Notes: generated by a model from the letters alone, not told the origin. 64,000 nucleotides of DNA from Myxococcota bacterium (GCA_036229005.1 JAZAMN010000031.1:1-64000); one strand, 5' to 3'; shown: positions 48,187-59,169, counted from the first letter of the stretch. Numbers and translations are program-made.

Positions 48187-50472
48187 TCAAGCGGCGGCTT
48201 CCATCACGCCAGCGACGTCCAGAATCAGCGAGATGCGGCCGTCGCCCATCACCGTGCAGCCGCTGAGACCCCGGATGTCCCCCAGGTAGGAGGACAGGCC
48301 CTTGACCACCGTCTGCCGCTGGCCCAGCAGCTCATCGACGAACAGGCACAGGTGCTCCCCAGCGTCCTCGACGACGACCAGGACCCCTTCATCCACGCGC
48401 TCGGCCCCCTCGTCCAGGCGGTAGAAGTCCCGAAGCCGGAGCACCGGGATCAGCTCGTTCCGGATCCGGGCGACCTCCTGGCCGCTGTTCAGGCGGGTGA
48501 CCTCCTGGCCACGCAGCACGACGGACTCCCGGATGGAGAGCAGCGGGATGGTGAAGCTCCCCTGCCCCACACGGACCAGCATGCCCTCGATGATGGCCAG
48601 GGTGAGCGGGATGCGCAGCGTGAAGCGCGTGCCCTTGCCCAGCTCGCTGTGGACCTCGATGCGGCCCTTGACCTTCTCGATGTTCTTCTTGACCACGTCC
48701 ATGCCGACCCCGCGGCCGGAGATGTCCGTGACCTGCGCGGCCGTGGAGAAGCCGGGCGCGAACACCAGGCCGAACACCTCGGTGTCGCTCATCGTGGCGG
48801 CCTTGGCGGGGGTCACCAGGCCCTTCTCGATGCCCTTGGCCAGGATCTTGTTCCGGTCCATGCCGCGGCCATCATCGGAGACGGTGATCCAGATCTCCCC
48901 GGCCTGGTGGCGGGCCTGCAGGTGGAGGCTCCCGACCGGCGGCTTCCCCGTGCGGGCGCGCTCTTCGGGCGTCTCCATGCCGTGGTCCACGGCGTTGCGC
49001 ATCAAGTGCACCAGCGGGTCCGCGATGACCTCGGCGACCGTCTTGTCGACCTCGGTCTCCTCCCCGCTGATCTTGAGCTGGACCTCCTTGCCCTGCTTGC
49101 CCGACACGTCGCGGACCAGCCGCAGCATCTTCTTGAAGGTGTCGTCGATAGGCACCATGCGCAGCGACATCGCCACGTCCTGCAGCGAGCGCGTGACCCG
49201 CGAGAGCTGGGCCATCGCCTTCTCCAGGTCCTCCGGATTCCCGGTGTTGTCGTGGGTCACCGCGGTCTCCGCGATGATGAGCTCCCCGACCAGATCCATC
49301 AGGGCGTCCAGCTTGGAGACGTCCACGCGCAGGCTCTTGCGGCGGGTCCGCTTCTTCGCCTCGTCGGAGCTGGCGGCGCTCGACCGGATCGGCGCCACCT
49401 TGGGCTTGGGCGCCCCGACCACCGGCTCCGGGGCCGCGATGGGCCGCCCCTCCCGGACGCTGCGCTGCTCGACGAGCAGGGCCTCAAGCTGCGCTTCGCT
49501 GATCCACCCCCGCGCCACCGCGGAGGTCCCCACCGGCTGATCCGTGGCCAAGAGCTCCTCGAGCTGCTGGTGGCTGACCAGACCCTGGTCCATCATCAAC
49601 TGCCCCAGCCGCGTGACCCGGGAGTCCATGCGCGCACCGTCCTCGATGTCGCCGAGCTGCTCCAGCAGCCCCGCCAGGTCGTCGATGTAGGGCTTGCCGT
49701 CGACCACGCTGACCAGCGCCTCTTCGACCACCTCGGCGCTCTGCCGCAGCGCCCGGATGACCTCGGGCGTGGGCGGGATGGTCCCGTCGACGGTACAGGT
49801 CGCCAGCTCAGAGAGGCGGGCAAAGTAGCTCTGCAGGTGCGCATAGCCTCTGCTCTCCGAGGCCCCCGCCAGACGCACCACCGCCTGCTGGACCTTCGCC
49901 AGGTCGTTGGGGCGCGCCTTGCTCTCCCAGTCGAGGAGGAACTGCTGGATGTTCTCCACCTCCTGGCCCACCCCCAGGGCAAAACGCTCCAGCTCCGGAG
50001 ATCGCTGGGATCCACCCGCCGGCGAGGACACCGGGTCCGCCTTGGGCGCAGGCTTGGACTGAGGGCTCGCGGCGCCTCCCATCCGGCCCTGCAGCAGCTC
50101 CTTGAGCTCCTCGGCCCGGTCTTCGGCGCCTTCGTCCCCGTAGGTCTCGGCGATGGCCTCCAGGCGCTCCCCCAGGAAGTCCATGGTCTTGCAGAAGGCA
50201 TCGACCGTCGGACCGTCCAGGGGGTACTTGCCGGCCTGGACCCCGCCCAGCAGGGTCTCGGCAACGTGCATGACGCCCTGTACCGAGTTGAACTCCAAGA
50301 ACCCCGCCGAGCCCTTCACGGAGTGGAAGAGCCGGAACACGGCCGCGAGATCCTCATCCGAGGCCTCGCCGCTCTCCATGGTCAAGAGGAGGAGCTCTGC
50401 CTCCTCCAGCGACTCTCGACTCTCCGCGATGAAGCAGTCGACAATCTCTTGGGTGTCTGCATCTACTGCCAC
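48187..50472 (-). CDS. cheA: CheA histidine kinase with an extra helical domain and an MshEN-like insert
   Basis: Hpt FHSVKG, HLMRNAVDHG, DDGRG, GFSTA, GRGVGMDVV and a CheW domain. Confidence 0.96.
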   Translation of the reverse strand: MAVDADTQEIVDCFIAESRESLEEAELLLLTMESGEASDEDLAAVFRLFHSVKGSAGFLEFNSVQGVMHVAETLLGGVQAGKYPLDGPTVDAFCKTMDFLGERLEAIAETYGDEGAEDRAEELKELLQGRMGGAASPQSKPAPKADPVSSPAGGSQRSPELERFALGVGQEVENIQQFLLDWESKARPNDLAKVQQAVVRLAGASESRGYAHLQSYFARLSELATCTVDGTIPPTPEVIRALRQSAEVVEEALVSVVDGKPYIDDLAGLLEQLGDIEDGARMDSRVTRLGQLMMDQGLVSHQQLEELLATDQPVGTSAVARGWISEAQLEALLVEQRSVREGRPIAAPEPVVGAPKPKVAPIRSSAASSDEAKKRTRRKSLRVDVSKLDALMDLVGELIIAETAVTHDNTGNPEDLEKAMAQLSRVTRSLQDVAMSLRMVPIDDTFKKMLRLVRDVSGKQGKEVQLKISGEETEVDKTVAEVIADPLVHLMRNAVDHGMETPEERARTGKPPVGSLHLQARHQAGEIWITVSDDGRGMDRNKILAKGIEKGLVTPAKAATMSDTEVFGLVFAPGFSTAAQVTDISGRGVGMDVVKKNIEKVKGRIEVHSELGKGTRFTLRIPLTLAIIEGMLVRVGQGSFTIPLLSIRESVVLRGQEVTRLNSGQEVARIRNELIPVLRLRDFYRLDEGAERVDEGVLVVVEDAGEHLCLFVDELLGQRQTVVKGLSSYLGDIRGLSGCTVMGDGRISLILDVAGVMEAAA

Positions 50473-50535
50473 TTTGGCCTCCCGTCCGCGTATCGGTCGA
50501 GGAAGCCGCAGCTTGAGGCGAGAGCCCCCCGGGGA

Positions 50536-51564
50536 TCAGGCCGCGGATCGCGCCCGCGCGGACGCGATCATGTTGTGGGCGATCTGGTCCAGCGGCAGGC
50601 TCCGCTCCACCCCGCCCATCTCCACAGCGACCTTGGGCATGCCGTAGACCACGCAGGTGGCCTCGTCCTGGGCGAAGGTGCGGGCGCCGGCCTTTCTCAA
50701 GGCTGCCATGCCCCGGGCGCCGTCGTCCCCCATCCCGGTCAGGATGGCTGCGACGGTGTTCCGGGCGGCCACCTTGGCGATCGACATGAAGGTCACGTCC
50801 ACGCTGGGACAGTGGAAGTTCACCCGCGGGCCGCTCTTGCACTCCACCACGTAGCGGGCGCCGTCGCGCTTGAGGAGCATGTGCTGCTCGCCAGGCGCGA
50901 TGAGCACGCGACCGTCGACGACGGCGTCGCCGCTGCGGGCCTCCTTCACCTCGAAGGGGAAGAGCTTGTTCAGGCGGGAGGCGTACTGCTGCGTGAAGCC
51001 CGGCGGCATGTGCTGGGTCACCAGGGTCCCCGGGATGTTGGGCGGCATCGTGGAGAGCACCCGCTCCAGGGCCGTGGTCCCGCCCGTGCTCGCGCCGAAG
51101 GCCAGGATCTTGCCTGTCGTCTCGCTCAGGTGGAGGCGCTGGGTGTTCTTGACCGGGACCCGCCGCTGTACACGGGCTCCCGCGGCGCCGAGCACCACGC
51201 GCACCAGGTCCTGCCCCATCTGCTCGACGGAGTAGGCGGCCTTGGGCTTGCAGATCACGTCGACGGCGCCAAGCTCGAGGGCGCGCATGGCCAGGGTGCT
51301 GCCCTTCGTGGTCAGCGAGCTCACGACCACCACCGGCATGGGGTGGTGGTTCATCAGCTTCTCCAGGAAGGTGAGCCCGTCCATGCGCGGCATCTCGAGA
51401 TCCAGCGTCAGCACGTCGGGCTTGAGCTTGAGGATCATGTCCCGGGCCACGTAGGGGTCCGGCGCGGCGCCCACCACCTCGATGAAGGGGTGCGCGGCGA
51501 GCTGGCGCGAGAAGGCCCGACGCACGATGGCCGAGTCATCGACCACCAGCACGCGGACGGTCAC
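50536..51564 (-). CDS. cheB: Chemotaxis response regulator methylesterase CheB
   Basis: VVDDS, LDLEMP, GASTGG, QHMP and LTGMGDDGA. Confidence 0.96.
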   Translation of the reverse strand: MTVRVLVVDDSAIVRRAFSRQLAAHPFIEVVGAAPDPYVARDMILKLKPDVLTLDLEMPRMDGLTFLEKLMNHHPMPVVVVSSLTTKGSTLAMRALELGAVDVICKPKAAYSVEQMGQDLVRVVLGAAGARVQRRVPVKNTQRLHLSETTGKILAFGASTGGTTALERVLSTMPPNIPGTLVTQHMPPGFTQQYASRLNKLFPFEVKEARSGDAVVDGRVLIAPGEQHMLLKRDGARYVVECKSGPRVNFHCPSVDVTFMSIAKVAARNTVAAILTGMGDDGARGMAALRKAGARTFAQDEATCVVYGMPKVAVEMGGVERSLPLDQIAHNMIASARARSAA

Positions 51565-51998
51565 GCGGCCACCCTGAGCGCGATCCGCTCTCCTTCATCG
51601 GTCACGAGCTCTGCGCCGTGACCATTGGCGGGCGCCTGCTCGGCGGGGATGCAGTTGGCCACCGGAGAGTCCAGCTTGACCAGGACCCGGGGCCCAAAGG
51701 CCGCCGGCGCCCACATCCCCGCGATGATGTTGAGCAGCTCCGCGCCGACCTCGATGCCCAGGCTGTCTTCGGGGCCCTCGACCATCAGCTCCTCGGCCAG
51801 GCGCTCCGCGAAGGCCCGCTCCAGGTACATGGTCAAGTTGCCGCTGCGGTCTCCCGAGAAGGCGAGCTGAACCTCGATCACCTCGTCCTCCCAGTCCCCC
51901 AAGGGCCCATCCGGCTCCTCGGCGAACACGAAGGCGGCGTCCTCGAGGACCCGGCTCAGAGACTCGGAGAGGCTCTCGCTGTACGCATCGGTGGACAT
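51561..51998 (-). CDS. cheX: CheX/CheC-like phosphatase
   Basis: FSGDRSG beta segment, AELLNIIAG (ExxN) motif and operon position. Confidence 0.7.
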   Translation of the reverse strand: MSTDAYSESLSESLSRVLEDAAFVFAEEPDGPLGDWEDEVIEVQLAFSGDRSGNLTMYLERAFAERLAEELMVEGPEDSLGIEVGAELLNIIAGMWAPAAFGPRVLVKLDSPVANCIPAEQAPANGHGAELVTDEGERIALRVAA

Positions 51999-52008
51999 GA
52001 CGGTCTCC

Positions 52009-52383
52009 TCAGGCTGCCTTCAGCAGCGGGTAGATGACGTCCCGGAGCTTCTCCGGAGAGGTCGGCTTGGTCAGGTACGCGGTCGCGCCGAGCTGGATGA
52101 GCCGCTCACTGCGGGCCACGGAGTGGTCCGAGGTCACCACCACAACGGGCAGCTTGGTCTCACCCCCACCCCGCAGAGCGCGCACGAAGCCCTCTCCGTC
52201 CAGGTTGGGCATGTTGAGGTCGCAGAGGACCAGGTCAACCGCCTGCCCCTTGAGGACCTCCAGCGCTTCAGCGCCGTCGCCGGCCTCGACCACTTCCGTG
52301 GAGAGGTCCAGCATCTGGATCATCCGCTTCTGCATCCGGCGGGTGATCTTCGAGTCGTCGACTACCAGGATCTTCTTGGTCAT
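52009..52383 (-). CDS. cheY: CheY-like single-domain response regulator
   Basis: MTKKILVVDDS, CDLNMP, VTS and YLTKP. Confidence 0.9.
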   Translation of the reverse strand: MTKKILVVDDSKITRRMQKRMIQMLDLSTEVVEAGDGAEALEVLKGQAVDLVLCDLNMPNLDGEGFVRALRGGGETKLPVVVVTSDHSVARSERLIQLGATAYLTKPTSPEKLRDVIYPLLKAA

Positions 52384-52397
52384 TGTGCCTCCGGAGC

Positions 52398-52892
52398 TCA
52401 GAGCTCCCACTCCTTTCCGCCCTTGGTGACAATCAGCTTTCCGGTGTCCAGGTAGAGACGACCGGTCCGGCTCTCGTGGCCCCCCACATCCGTGGCCGCC
52501 ATGACCACACCCGCTCGGTAGAAGAGCTTGCGGAGCACCGTGAAGTTCCGCTTCCCGATCTTGAACATGTCCGAGTCGGCGTTCATCTCCGCCCCTCCGC
52601 ACACCTTCACGACCAGGTTGCTCTTGGTCGCGCCCAGGGCGTAGGCCTTCTCAAAGAGCAGGGGGACGCCCGTGTCCGCGAACTGGGCGGGGTTGCCCTG
52701 GCGGCCCTTGGCCACCGGCAGCATGTAGTGCAGGCAGCCCCCCACCTTGACGACGGGGTCGTAGATGAACACGCCGATGCAGGAGCCCAGCGCGTGGGTC
52801 ACCACGGTCCCGTTGGGGTCCCTGCTGAGCCCGAGATCGGAGATGCCCACCCGGACCTCGGGGCGATGCTTCCAGTCCAGTGCGGCGCTCAT
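52398..52892 (-). CDS. cheD: Chemoreceptor glutamine deamidase CheD
   Basis: THALGSCIG, HYMLP, FADTG, KVCGGA, IGKRN and DVGG. Confidence 0.94.
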   Translation of the reverse strand: MSAALDWKHRPEVRVGISDLGLSRDPNGTVVTHALGSCIGVFIYDPVVKVGGCLHYMLPVAKGRQGNPAQFADTGVPLLFEKAYALGATKSNLVVKVCGGAEMNADSDMFKIGKRNFTVLRKLFYRAGVVMAATDVGGHESRTGRLYLDTGKLIVTKGGKEWEL

Positions 52893-53704
52893 GCTGCCTT
52901 CCTTTGCATCTTGAGCTCGTAGCAAGCGGGCCCCGAGCGGGTCAGCGGGGTGTTGATCCCGGCCAGGCTCTCGCTGTGGCCAAGGTAGAGCTGCCCTCCC
53001 GGCCGCATCACGCGCTCGCACTCGCGCACGATGGCCGTGCGCACAGGGAGCTCGAAGTAGATCATGACGTTCCGGCAGAACACCACGTCCAGGGGCCCGC
53101 CCATCGGGTAGGGCGGAGTGGCCAGGTTCAAGCGCGCGAATGAGACATGCGGACGCAGCACCTCGCCGACGCGCAGAGCGTTGCCGTTGTCCTGGAAATA
53201 CTGGCTCCGTTGGTGGGCCGGGATGCCCTCACAGAGCCGATGCTCATAGACCCCCCGCTTGGCGGTCGCGAGCACCTTGGTGTCGATGTCGGTGGCCAGG
53301 AGCTTCCAGTCGCCGCCGCCCAGGACCTCGTGGGCGACCATGGCCAGCGTCCACACCTCCTGACCGGTGGAGGACGCCGCGCACCACATCCGCACGCGCT
53401 TGCCCACAAAGCCGCCCAGGTAGCTCCGGAGCATGTCGAAGTGCTCGGACTCCCGGTAGAAGCGGGTCAGGTTCGTGGTCATCGCGTTGATGAAGTGCTC
53501 CATCTCCCCGGGAGAGTTCTCCAGGTAGTGGGCGTAGTCCTGAAAGGAGCTGAGCCTGAGCAGCCGCATCCGCTTGCTCACCCGAGAGGCGACGAGCTGC
53601 TCTTTTCCCCGCTTGATCTTGATCCCCGTGCGGGCACGCGCCAGCGACGCGAAGTGCTCGAAGAGCTCGGGGGGGAGGTGCTTTTCCATCTGGAGTTCGG
53701 CCAA
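52889..53704 (-). CDS. cheR: Chemotaxis methyltransferase CheR
   Basis: TTNLTRFYRE, WCAASSTGQE, ATDID, FCRNVMIYF and GHSE. Confidence 0.95.
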   Translation of the reverse strand: MAELQMEKHLPPELFEHFASLARARTGIKIKRGKEQLVASRVSKRMRLLRLSSFQDYAHYLENSPGEMEHFINAMTTNLTRFYRESEHFDMLRSYLGGFVGKRVRMWCAASSTGQEVWTLAMVAHEVLGGGDWKLLATDIDTKVLATAKRGVYEHRLCEGIPAHQRSQYFQDNGNALRVGEVLRPHVSFARLNLATPPYPMGGPLDVVFCRNVMIYFELPVRTAIVRECERVMRPGGQLYLGHSESLAGINTPLTRSGPACYELKMQRKAA

Positions 53705-53746
53705 GACGTGGGTTGAGGTCGGTGGGTGGGCGAGGGACGCCCGGGA

Positions 53747-55963
53747 CTAGAAGTCCCGGAAGACCACGTCGGAGTCGTCATCATCCAAGGGGAAGAGGTC
53801 TTCAGGGCTGGCCCCATCCCCATTCGCGGCCAACTTCAGCGGCGCCTGGGCGGGCTTCATCTTGGGAACGCTGGCGGGCTCAGGCGAGGCCACCACGGGG
53901 GTGACGGGCGTGGACTTGGGGCGGTGGAGCTGCACCACCTCGCCACCATCGCTCGGAGCGCTGCCGCCCAGGTTGAAGCGCCGGATGGAGCCCTCCATGC
54001 GCCGGGCGCGCGTGACCAGCTCGCTGGCCGCAGAGGACGACTCTTCGGCGCTGGCGGCGTTCTGCTGGACGACCTGGTCCATCTGGGTCATCGCGCGGGT
54101 GACCTGGGCCACGCCGCTGGCCTGCTCTTCGCTGGCCGCCGCGATCTCGGTGACGATGTCGGTCACCTTGCCCACGGAGCCGACGATCTCGGACAGGGAG
54201 GACTTCACCCGGTCGGAGAGCACCTCGCCGTTGCCCGCCAGGTCGACCGACTCGCGGATGAGCTGCTCGGTGCGCTGGGCGGCGTCCTTGGAGCGCAGGG
54301 CCAGGTTCCGGACCTCCTCGGCGACCACGGCGAAGCCGCGCCCCGCCTCGCCCGCGCGGGCCGCCTCGACGGCGGCGTTCAGGGCCAGCAGGTTGGTCTG
54401 GAATGCGATCTGGTTGATATCCTTGATGATCTCAGCCGTGTTGTTGGCGGAAGCCTTGATGTCGTACATGGCCTGGACCATCTCCACGACCACCTGATCC
54501 CCCTGCTGAGCCGACTTTCGGGCCTGGATCGTGAGCGCCTTGGCGGCCTGGGTGTTGTCGGCATTCCGCTGGGTCATGCCGGTGATCTCCTCCAGGGAGG
54601 CCGCGGTCTCCTCGAGGGAGGCGGCCTGCTCGGAGGCACCCTGCGCGATGGCCTGGTTGCCCGAGGAGATCTCCTGCGCGGCCGAGCTGACGGCGACAAC
54701 GGAGTGCGCGACCTCCTCCAGCGGATGGACCAGGCCCTCCACCAGGCTGTTCAGCCCCACCAGCAGCTTGCCGTACTCGCCCTCGTAGCCCTCGACCCGA
54801 GCGCGGGCCTTGAGGTCGCCGCGGTCCACCGCTGCCACCTGGGCATCCACCTGCGAGAGCACTCCGTGGAGGCTGTCCCGCATGCCCTCGAAGGCGTGGG
54901 CCAGCTCGGAGAGCTCATCGGACCCCGAGGTGTCGACGGAGACGTCCAGGTTGCCGCCGGCCAGCGCGTGGGAGGCCTCGGTGATCTTGCCCAAGCGGGC
55001 GACCAGCGGGCGCACCAGCATGTAGGCCCCCAGGCTCGCCAGACCGACCAGCCCCAGGGCGGCCAGGAACATGGAGCGCTGCACCGACCGGTAGGGGGCC
55101 AGCATCTCGGCCTCATCCACCCGGGTGACGATGCCCCAGGTCTCCGGCCCGACAGCCACCGTGGTGACGGCCGCCCAGTAGGCGTCGCTGCTGGGGTCTG
55201 CGTAGCGCTCGAAGCCCTTGCGGCCCGACGTGGCCGCGTTGACCGCGCCGCCGCTCAGGGGCTCACCGACCTCGTGGCCGGGGGAGGCGATGGACAGGCC
55301 CTGGGCGTCCACGAGCAGGCTGTGGCCAGACTCACCAAAGCGGTGCTCCAGCAGCTCCGAGAGCGCGCTGGGCGCGACCGCCAAGACCAGCACGCCCTTG
55401 TCCGAGACCGGCGCGCTGATGAAGGCCAGCACCTCGCCCTGCGCGTCATGCTCCGAGAAGCCGACCACGTGGGCGCCGCCTGCCTGCCCTTCGCGCCAGG
55501 CCTCAGCCAGGCCAGAGGAGCGGTAGGCGCCGCTGCTGAGGTTGGTGCCAAGCTCAGCCTGCTTGCCCACGGAGTAGACGACGTCGCCACCGCGGGAGAC
55601 CAGGAATGCGTCCGCGTAGCCGTGCTCCCGCACAAAGGAGCTCAGACCGGCGCCGTAGCGCTCAGCGGCGGTGTCCCAGGCGGCGCTGGGGTCCTCTGCC
55701 GCCGCGGCCTCGTCGAAGGCGGCGAACGCGTACTGGAACTCGGCGAAGCTGGCCAGCCCCTCGGCGTCGGCGATGCGGTCATCGCCCCAACGCTCGACCT
55801 CTACCTTGAGGCCCTGGGAGATGGAGGAGAGCTGGGACTCGACCCGCTCCTCGACCGCGCCTTGGGATGCGCCGCTCGCGCCCAGCGTGACCGCCAGGGC
55901 GGGGACCGCTGCGATGACGACCGACCCAAGCGCCAGCTTCGTACCAACAGTGAAACGTGCCAT
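53747..55963 (-). CDS. Methyl-accepting chemotaxis protein (Cache-like periplasmic domain, HAMP, C-terminal pentapeptide)
   Basis: Two TMs, [38 protein letters not shown] hairpin tip; ends in VFRDF. Confidence 0.96.
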   Translation of the reverse strand: MARFTVGTKLALGSVVIAAVPALAVTLGASGASQGAVEERVESQLSSISQGLKVEVERWGDDRIADAEGLASFAEFQYAFAAFDEAAAAEDPSAAWDTAAERYGAGLSSFVREHGYADAFLVSRGGDVVYSVGKQAELGTNLSSGAYRSSGLAEAWREGQAGGAHVVGFSEHDAQGEVLAFISAPVSDKGVLVLAVAPSALSELLEHRFGESGHSLLVDAQGLSIASPGHEVGEPLSGGAVNAATSGRKGFERYADPSSDAYWAAVTTVAVGPETWGIVTRVDEAEMLAPYRSVQRSMFLAALGLVGLASLGAYMLVRPLVARLGKITEASHALAGGNLDVSVDTSGSDELSELAHAFEGMRDSLHGVLSQVDAQVAAVDRGDLKARARVEGYEGEYGKLLVGLNSLVEGLVHPLEEVAHSVVAVSSAAQEISSGNQAIAQGASEQAASLEETAASLEEITGMTQRNADNTQAAKALTIQARKSAQQGDQVVVEMVQAMYDIKASANNTAEIIKDINQIAFQTNLLALNAAVEAARAGEAGRGFAVVAEEVRNLALRSKDAAQRTEQLIRESVDLAGNGEVLSDRVKSSLSEIVGSVGKVTDIVTEIAAASEEQASGVAQVTRAMTQMDQVVQQNAASAEESSSAASELVTRARRMEGSIRRFNLGGSAPSDGGEVVQLHRPKSTPVTPVVASPEPASVPKMKPAQAPLKLAANGDGASPEDLFPLDDDDSDVVFRDF

Positions 55964-56031
55964 TCTCTTTCTCCAGCCCGCGTGTTCGCGGGGTCCCGGT
56001 CTTTTGCGGATCTCTTCGGATCAAAGGGGGG

Positions 56032-56523
56032 TCAGATGACCCCTTCCTGACCGGCGATGATGTTGGACAGGTCCAGCAGGAAGGTCACCCGCTTCTCCAC
56101 GCGGCCGGTGCCCAGCAGGGCGCTCAGGCCCATGGACCCACCGGTCAGGGGAGGCGGCGGCGCGATCTGCTTGGGCTTGAGGTTCAGGACCTCGAGCACC
56201 TCGTCGACCAGCACACCGAAGGTGGTGTTGCCGTACTGCAGGACGATCACGACGGTCTGGTCGGTGAACTCCACCGAGCCCATCCCGAACTCGGTGCGCA
56301 GATCCACCAGCGGGATCACCCGACCGCGCAGGTTGATGACGCCCACCACCGAAGGGTTGGTGCGGGGCACCGGCGTGATGTCCAGGGGCTCGATGATCTC
56401 CCGCACGCAGAGGATGCCGACCCCGTAGGTCTCTCCCCCCAGGCGGAAGGTCAGGTACTTCCCAGCCAGGCGCTGGCCCAGCTCGGTCTCGGTGCTCTCC
56501 ACCGTCTCGGTCTGCACGTTCAT
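56032..56523 (-). CDS. cheW: CheW
   Basis: KYLTF, VREII, GVINLRGRVIP and GVLVDEV. Confidence 0.95.
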   Translation of the reverse strand: MNVQTETVESTETELGQRLAGKYLTFRLGGETYGVGILCVREIIEPLDITPVPRTNPSVVGVINLRGRVIPLVDLRTEFGMGSVEFTDQTVVIVLQYGNTTFGVLVDEVLEVLNLKPKQIAPPPPLTGGSMGLSALLGTGRVEKRVTFLLDLSNIIAGQEGVI

Positions 56524-59000
56524 CCTGCCATCTCCTCGAAGAAGTTGGTGTCGTCGTAGATGGCGGCCGGGAGAGCCCCCACCTGGGTCTCCGCGTCAAG
56601 CGCGGAGGGGTTGAGGATCAACCCCACCTTTCCGGTGGAGAGGATCGCGGCGCCGGAGAAGAGCTCGGCGTTGTTGAGCCCCTCCCCAAGGTTCTTGATG
56701 ACCACCTGCTGCTGGCCCAGGACCTCGTCCACGACCAGGCCGTAGCGACCACGCGTGCCCTCGACGATGACCACCAGCCCGTCCACCGGGTCCTGCTTGG
56801 CCGTCATCTCCCCGAGGGTGTTCCCCAGGTGCACCAGGGGCATGATCTCCCCCCTCAAGTGCAGCATCGGTGCGCGGTCGGCGAAGCGGCGGATCATGTC
56901 CTCCGCCGGCTGCACGGACTCCATGATGGAGAGCGTGGGCAGCACGTAGCGGGACTGGCCGCAGCTCAGCAGCATGCCGTCGATGATGGCCAGCGTCAGC
57001 GGCATCACCATCTGGAAGGTGGTCCCCTGCCCCAGCGTGGACTCGATGCGGATGCGCCCGCGCATGGACTCGATGGAGCGCTTGACCACGTCCATGCCCA
57101 CGCCGCGGCCCGAGATCTCGGTGACCTTCTCGGCCGTCGAGAAGCCCGGCGCGAAGATCAGCTCGTAGGCCTCCCGGTCGCTCAGGCTCGCCGCCGCGTC
57201 CGCGGAGAGGATCCCCCGGGAGACCGCCTTGGCGGTGATCTTCTCGCGGTCCAGACCCCGGCCATCGTCGGAGATGGCGATGATGATGTTGCCGCCCTCG
57301 TGGTAGGCCGACAGCGTGACGGTGCCCTTGGGGTCCTTGCCCGCGGCCACCCGCTCTTCGGCGTTCTCCAGGCCGTGGTCCATGGAGTTGCGCACCATGT
57401 GGACCAGGGGGTCGCCGATCTGCTCGACCAGGGAGCGGTCCATCTCGGTGGTCTCACCGGAGATGACCAGGTTCACCTTCTTGCCGTTGCGCTTGGAGAG
57501 GTCGCGGACCAGGCGCGACATCTTCTGGAACACGCCCTTGAGGGGCACCATGCGCAAGCCCAGGCCCTGACGCTGCAGGTCCCGGATGATCTTGTTGAGC
57601 TGCCCCAGGAAGTTCCGCACCCGGTGAGAGCGCAGGCTGGTGATCTCGGGGGCGTTGGCCACCATCGTCTCGACGATGACCAGCTCACCGATGAGCTCCA
57701 CCAGGCTGTCGACGCGGGCGAGGTCGACCTTGATGGTCTCCTTGATCGCCGTCTTCTTACCCTTTGAAGCCGCTGGGGGGGCCGCACTCTTTGTCGATCC
57801 TCCCGCCGGCGAGGCCACACTGGCGCCCTCCGCAGCGGGCGTCTCCTCCTTGGCCTCCACCTTGGGCGGCAGCGCCAGCTCCACCCCTTCGACCGCGAAG
57901 GCCAGGGAGTTGATCAGCGGCTTGAGCTCCGCGGGCTGGGTGACCGTCAGGCTGTTGGCGACCGCCTCCTGGGACTCCACGAGCATCCGGCGCATCAGCC
58001 CCGTCGCCTCGAACACCAGGTCCAGGACGTGGCCCTCCATCACGATGCGGCCCTCACGGACCTCGATCAGCAGGTTCTCGGTGTTGTGCGCGAGCTCCGC
58101 GATCAGCGGCTGCTCGACGAACCCGGCCACCCCCTTGATGGTGTGGAACACCCGGAAGATGGCGTTGATCCCCTCCTGGTCCAGGCCACCGTTCTCCGCC
58201 TCGAGCAGCAGCTCGTCGGTGCGGGTGATGCCGTCCATGGACTCTTCGTGGAACTCGCCCAGCAGCGCGACCATCTCCTCGTCGCGCTCGATGTACTCCT
58301 GGGCCTGGCCGGACTCGATGCCCTCGGAGAGCTCCCCCAGGATGTCCTCGGGGCCCTTGGCGGGGTGCTGGCCGGCCGCGTACGCAGCCATGGCGCCAAC
58401 CACCCAGTCCTGCGCCTTGAGCATCATCTCCGCCAGGGTCTCCGGCGGCAGATCGCGGTCCAGCAGGTCTTCCCAGGCGTGGTAGACGTGCTGCAGATCG
58501 TCCAGCCCAACGGTGCCCGACTCCCCCTTGAGGGAGTGGAGCTGGCCCTTGAGCTCGCGCACATCGGTGTCCTCGCCGGACTCGATGGCCAGCAGGATGC
58601 CTTCGATCTCCTCCAGCGCCATCTGTTGGGAGGAGATGAAGTCGGCGAGCAGCTCCTCATCCACCCACTCCGGCAGCCCGAGAGCGGCCGCACGGCCACC
58701 CTCCGTAGGCGCCGCGGGGGGCGGGGGCGGGATCACCTCGCTGGTGTGGATGGCCTGCACCTTGGCGAAGCTCTCCACGACCTCCGCGAGCCAGGCATCG
58801 GCCGACGATGCATCCGCATCCGCCTTGGACCGGCAGTCCCGCATCGCATCGCGGAGGGCCTGCGGAGCTCCGGAGGGCAGGCTCTCTTCCAGCGCCGCGA
58901 GGGAGGACCGGAGACCGGCCACATCCTCTGCGCTCCCGGAGCCGCCCACCACGAGGGTGCAGGCAATCTCTTCCAGCAGTGTTGAAAAGTCGTTGGACAC
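56520..59000 (-). CDS. cheA: CheA histidine kinase with two Hpt domains
   Basis: LHSLKG and FHTIKG Hpt motifs, HMVRNSMDHG, GRGVGMDVV and a CheW domain. The start position is uncertain. Confidence 0.96.
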   Translation of the reverse strand: MSNDFSTLLEEIACTLVVGGSGSAEDVAGLRSSLAALEESLPSGAPQALRDAMRDCRSKADADASSADAWLAEVVESFAKVQAIHTSEVIPPPPPAAPTEGGRAAALGLPEWVDEELLADFISSQQMALEEIEGILLAIESGEDTDVRELKGQLHSLKGESGTVGLDDLQHVYHAWEDLLDRDLPPETLAEMMLKAQDWVVGAMAAYAAGQHPAKGPEDILGELSEGIESGQAQEYIERDEEMVALLGEFHEESMDGITRTDELLLEAENGGLDQEGINAIFRVFHTIKGVAGFVEQPLIAELAHNTENLLIEVREGRIVMEGHVLDLVFEATGLMRRMLVESQEAVANSLTVTQPAELKPLINSLAFAVEGVELALPPKVEAKEETPAAEGASVASPAGGSTKSAAPPAASKGKKTAIKETIKVDLARVDSLVELIGELVIVETMVANAPEITSLRSHRVRNFLGQLNKIIRDLQRQGLGLRMVPLKGVFQKMSRLVRDLSKRNGKKVNLVISGETTEMDRSLVEQIGDPLVHMVRNSMDHGLENAEERVAAGKDPKGTVTLSAYHEGGNIIIAISDDGRGLDREKITAKAVSRGILSADAAASLSDREAYELIFAPGFSTAEKVTEISGRGVGMDVVKRSIESMRGRIRIESTLGQGTTFQMVMPLTLAIIDGMLLSCGQSRYVLPTLSIMESVQPAEDMIRRFADRAPMLHLRGEIMPLVHLGNTLGEMTAKQDPVDGLVVIVEGTRGRYGLVVDEVLGQQQVVIKNLGEGLNNAELFSGAAILSTGKVGLILNPSALDAETQVGALPAAIYDDTNFFEEMAG

Positions 59001-59169
59001 GCGAAGCCTCCCAACCGCAAGGGCCGCGGTACTCCCTCTTCGGTGTCACCGGCCCCCGCTGAAGAAAAACGAGGGACTCCGAGGCAGAGCAGGATCGTCG
59101 GGCTCACCCCCCAAACATGCTCTTCAGTCTCCAACTCCAGGGACCGATGGCCCCAGCGAGGAGTTCACG

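Noticed and set aside
48352..51621. 1089-aa plus-strand ORF, and similar long ORFs opposite hsp70, murA, rpoD, the MCP and OPT genes
   Set aside because: Typical stop-free antisense frames in high-GC DNA, opposite well-supported genes.
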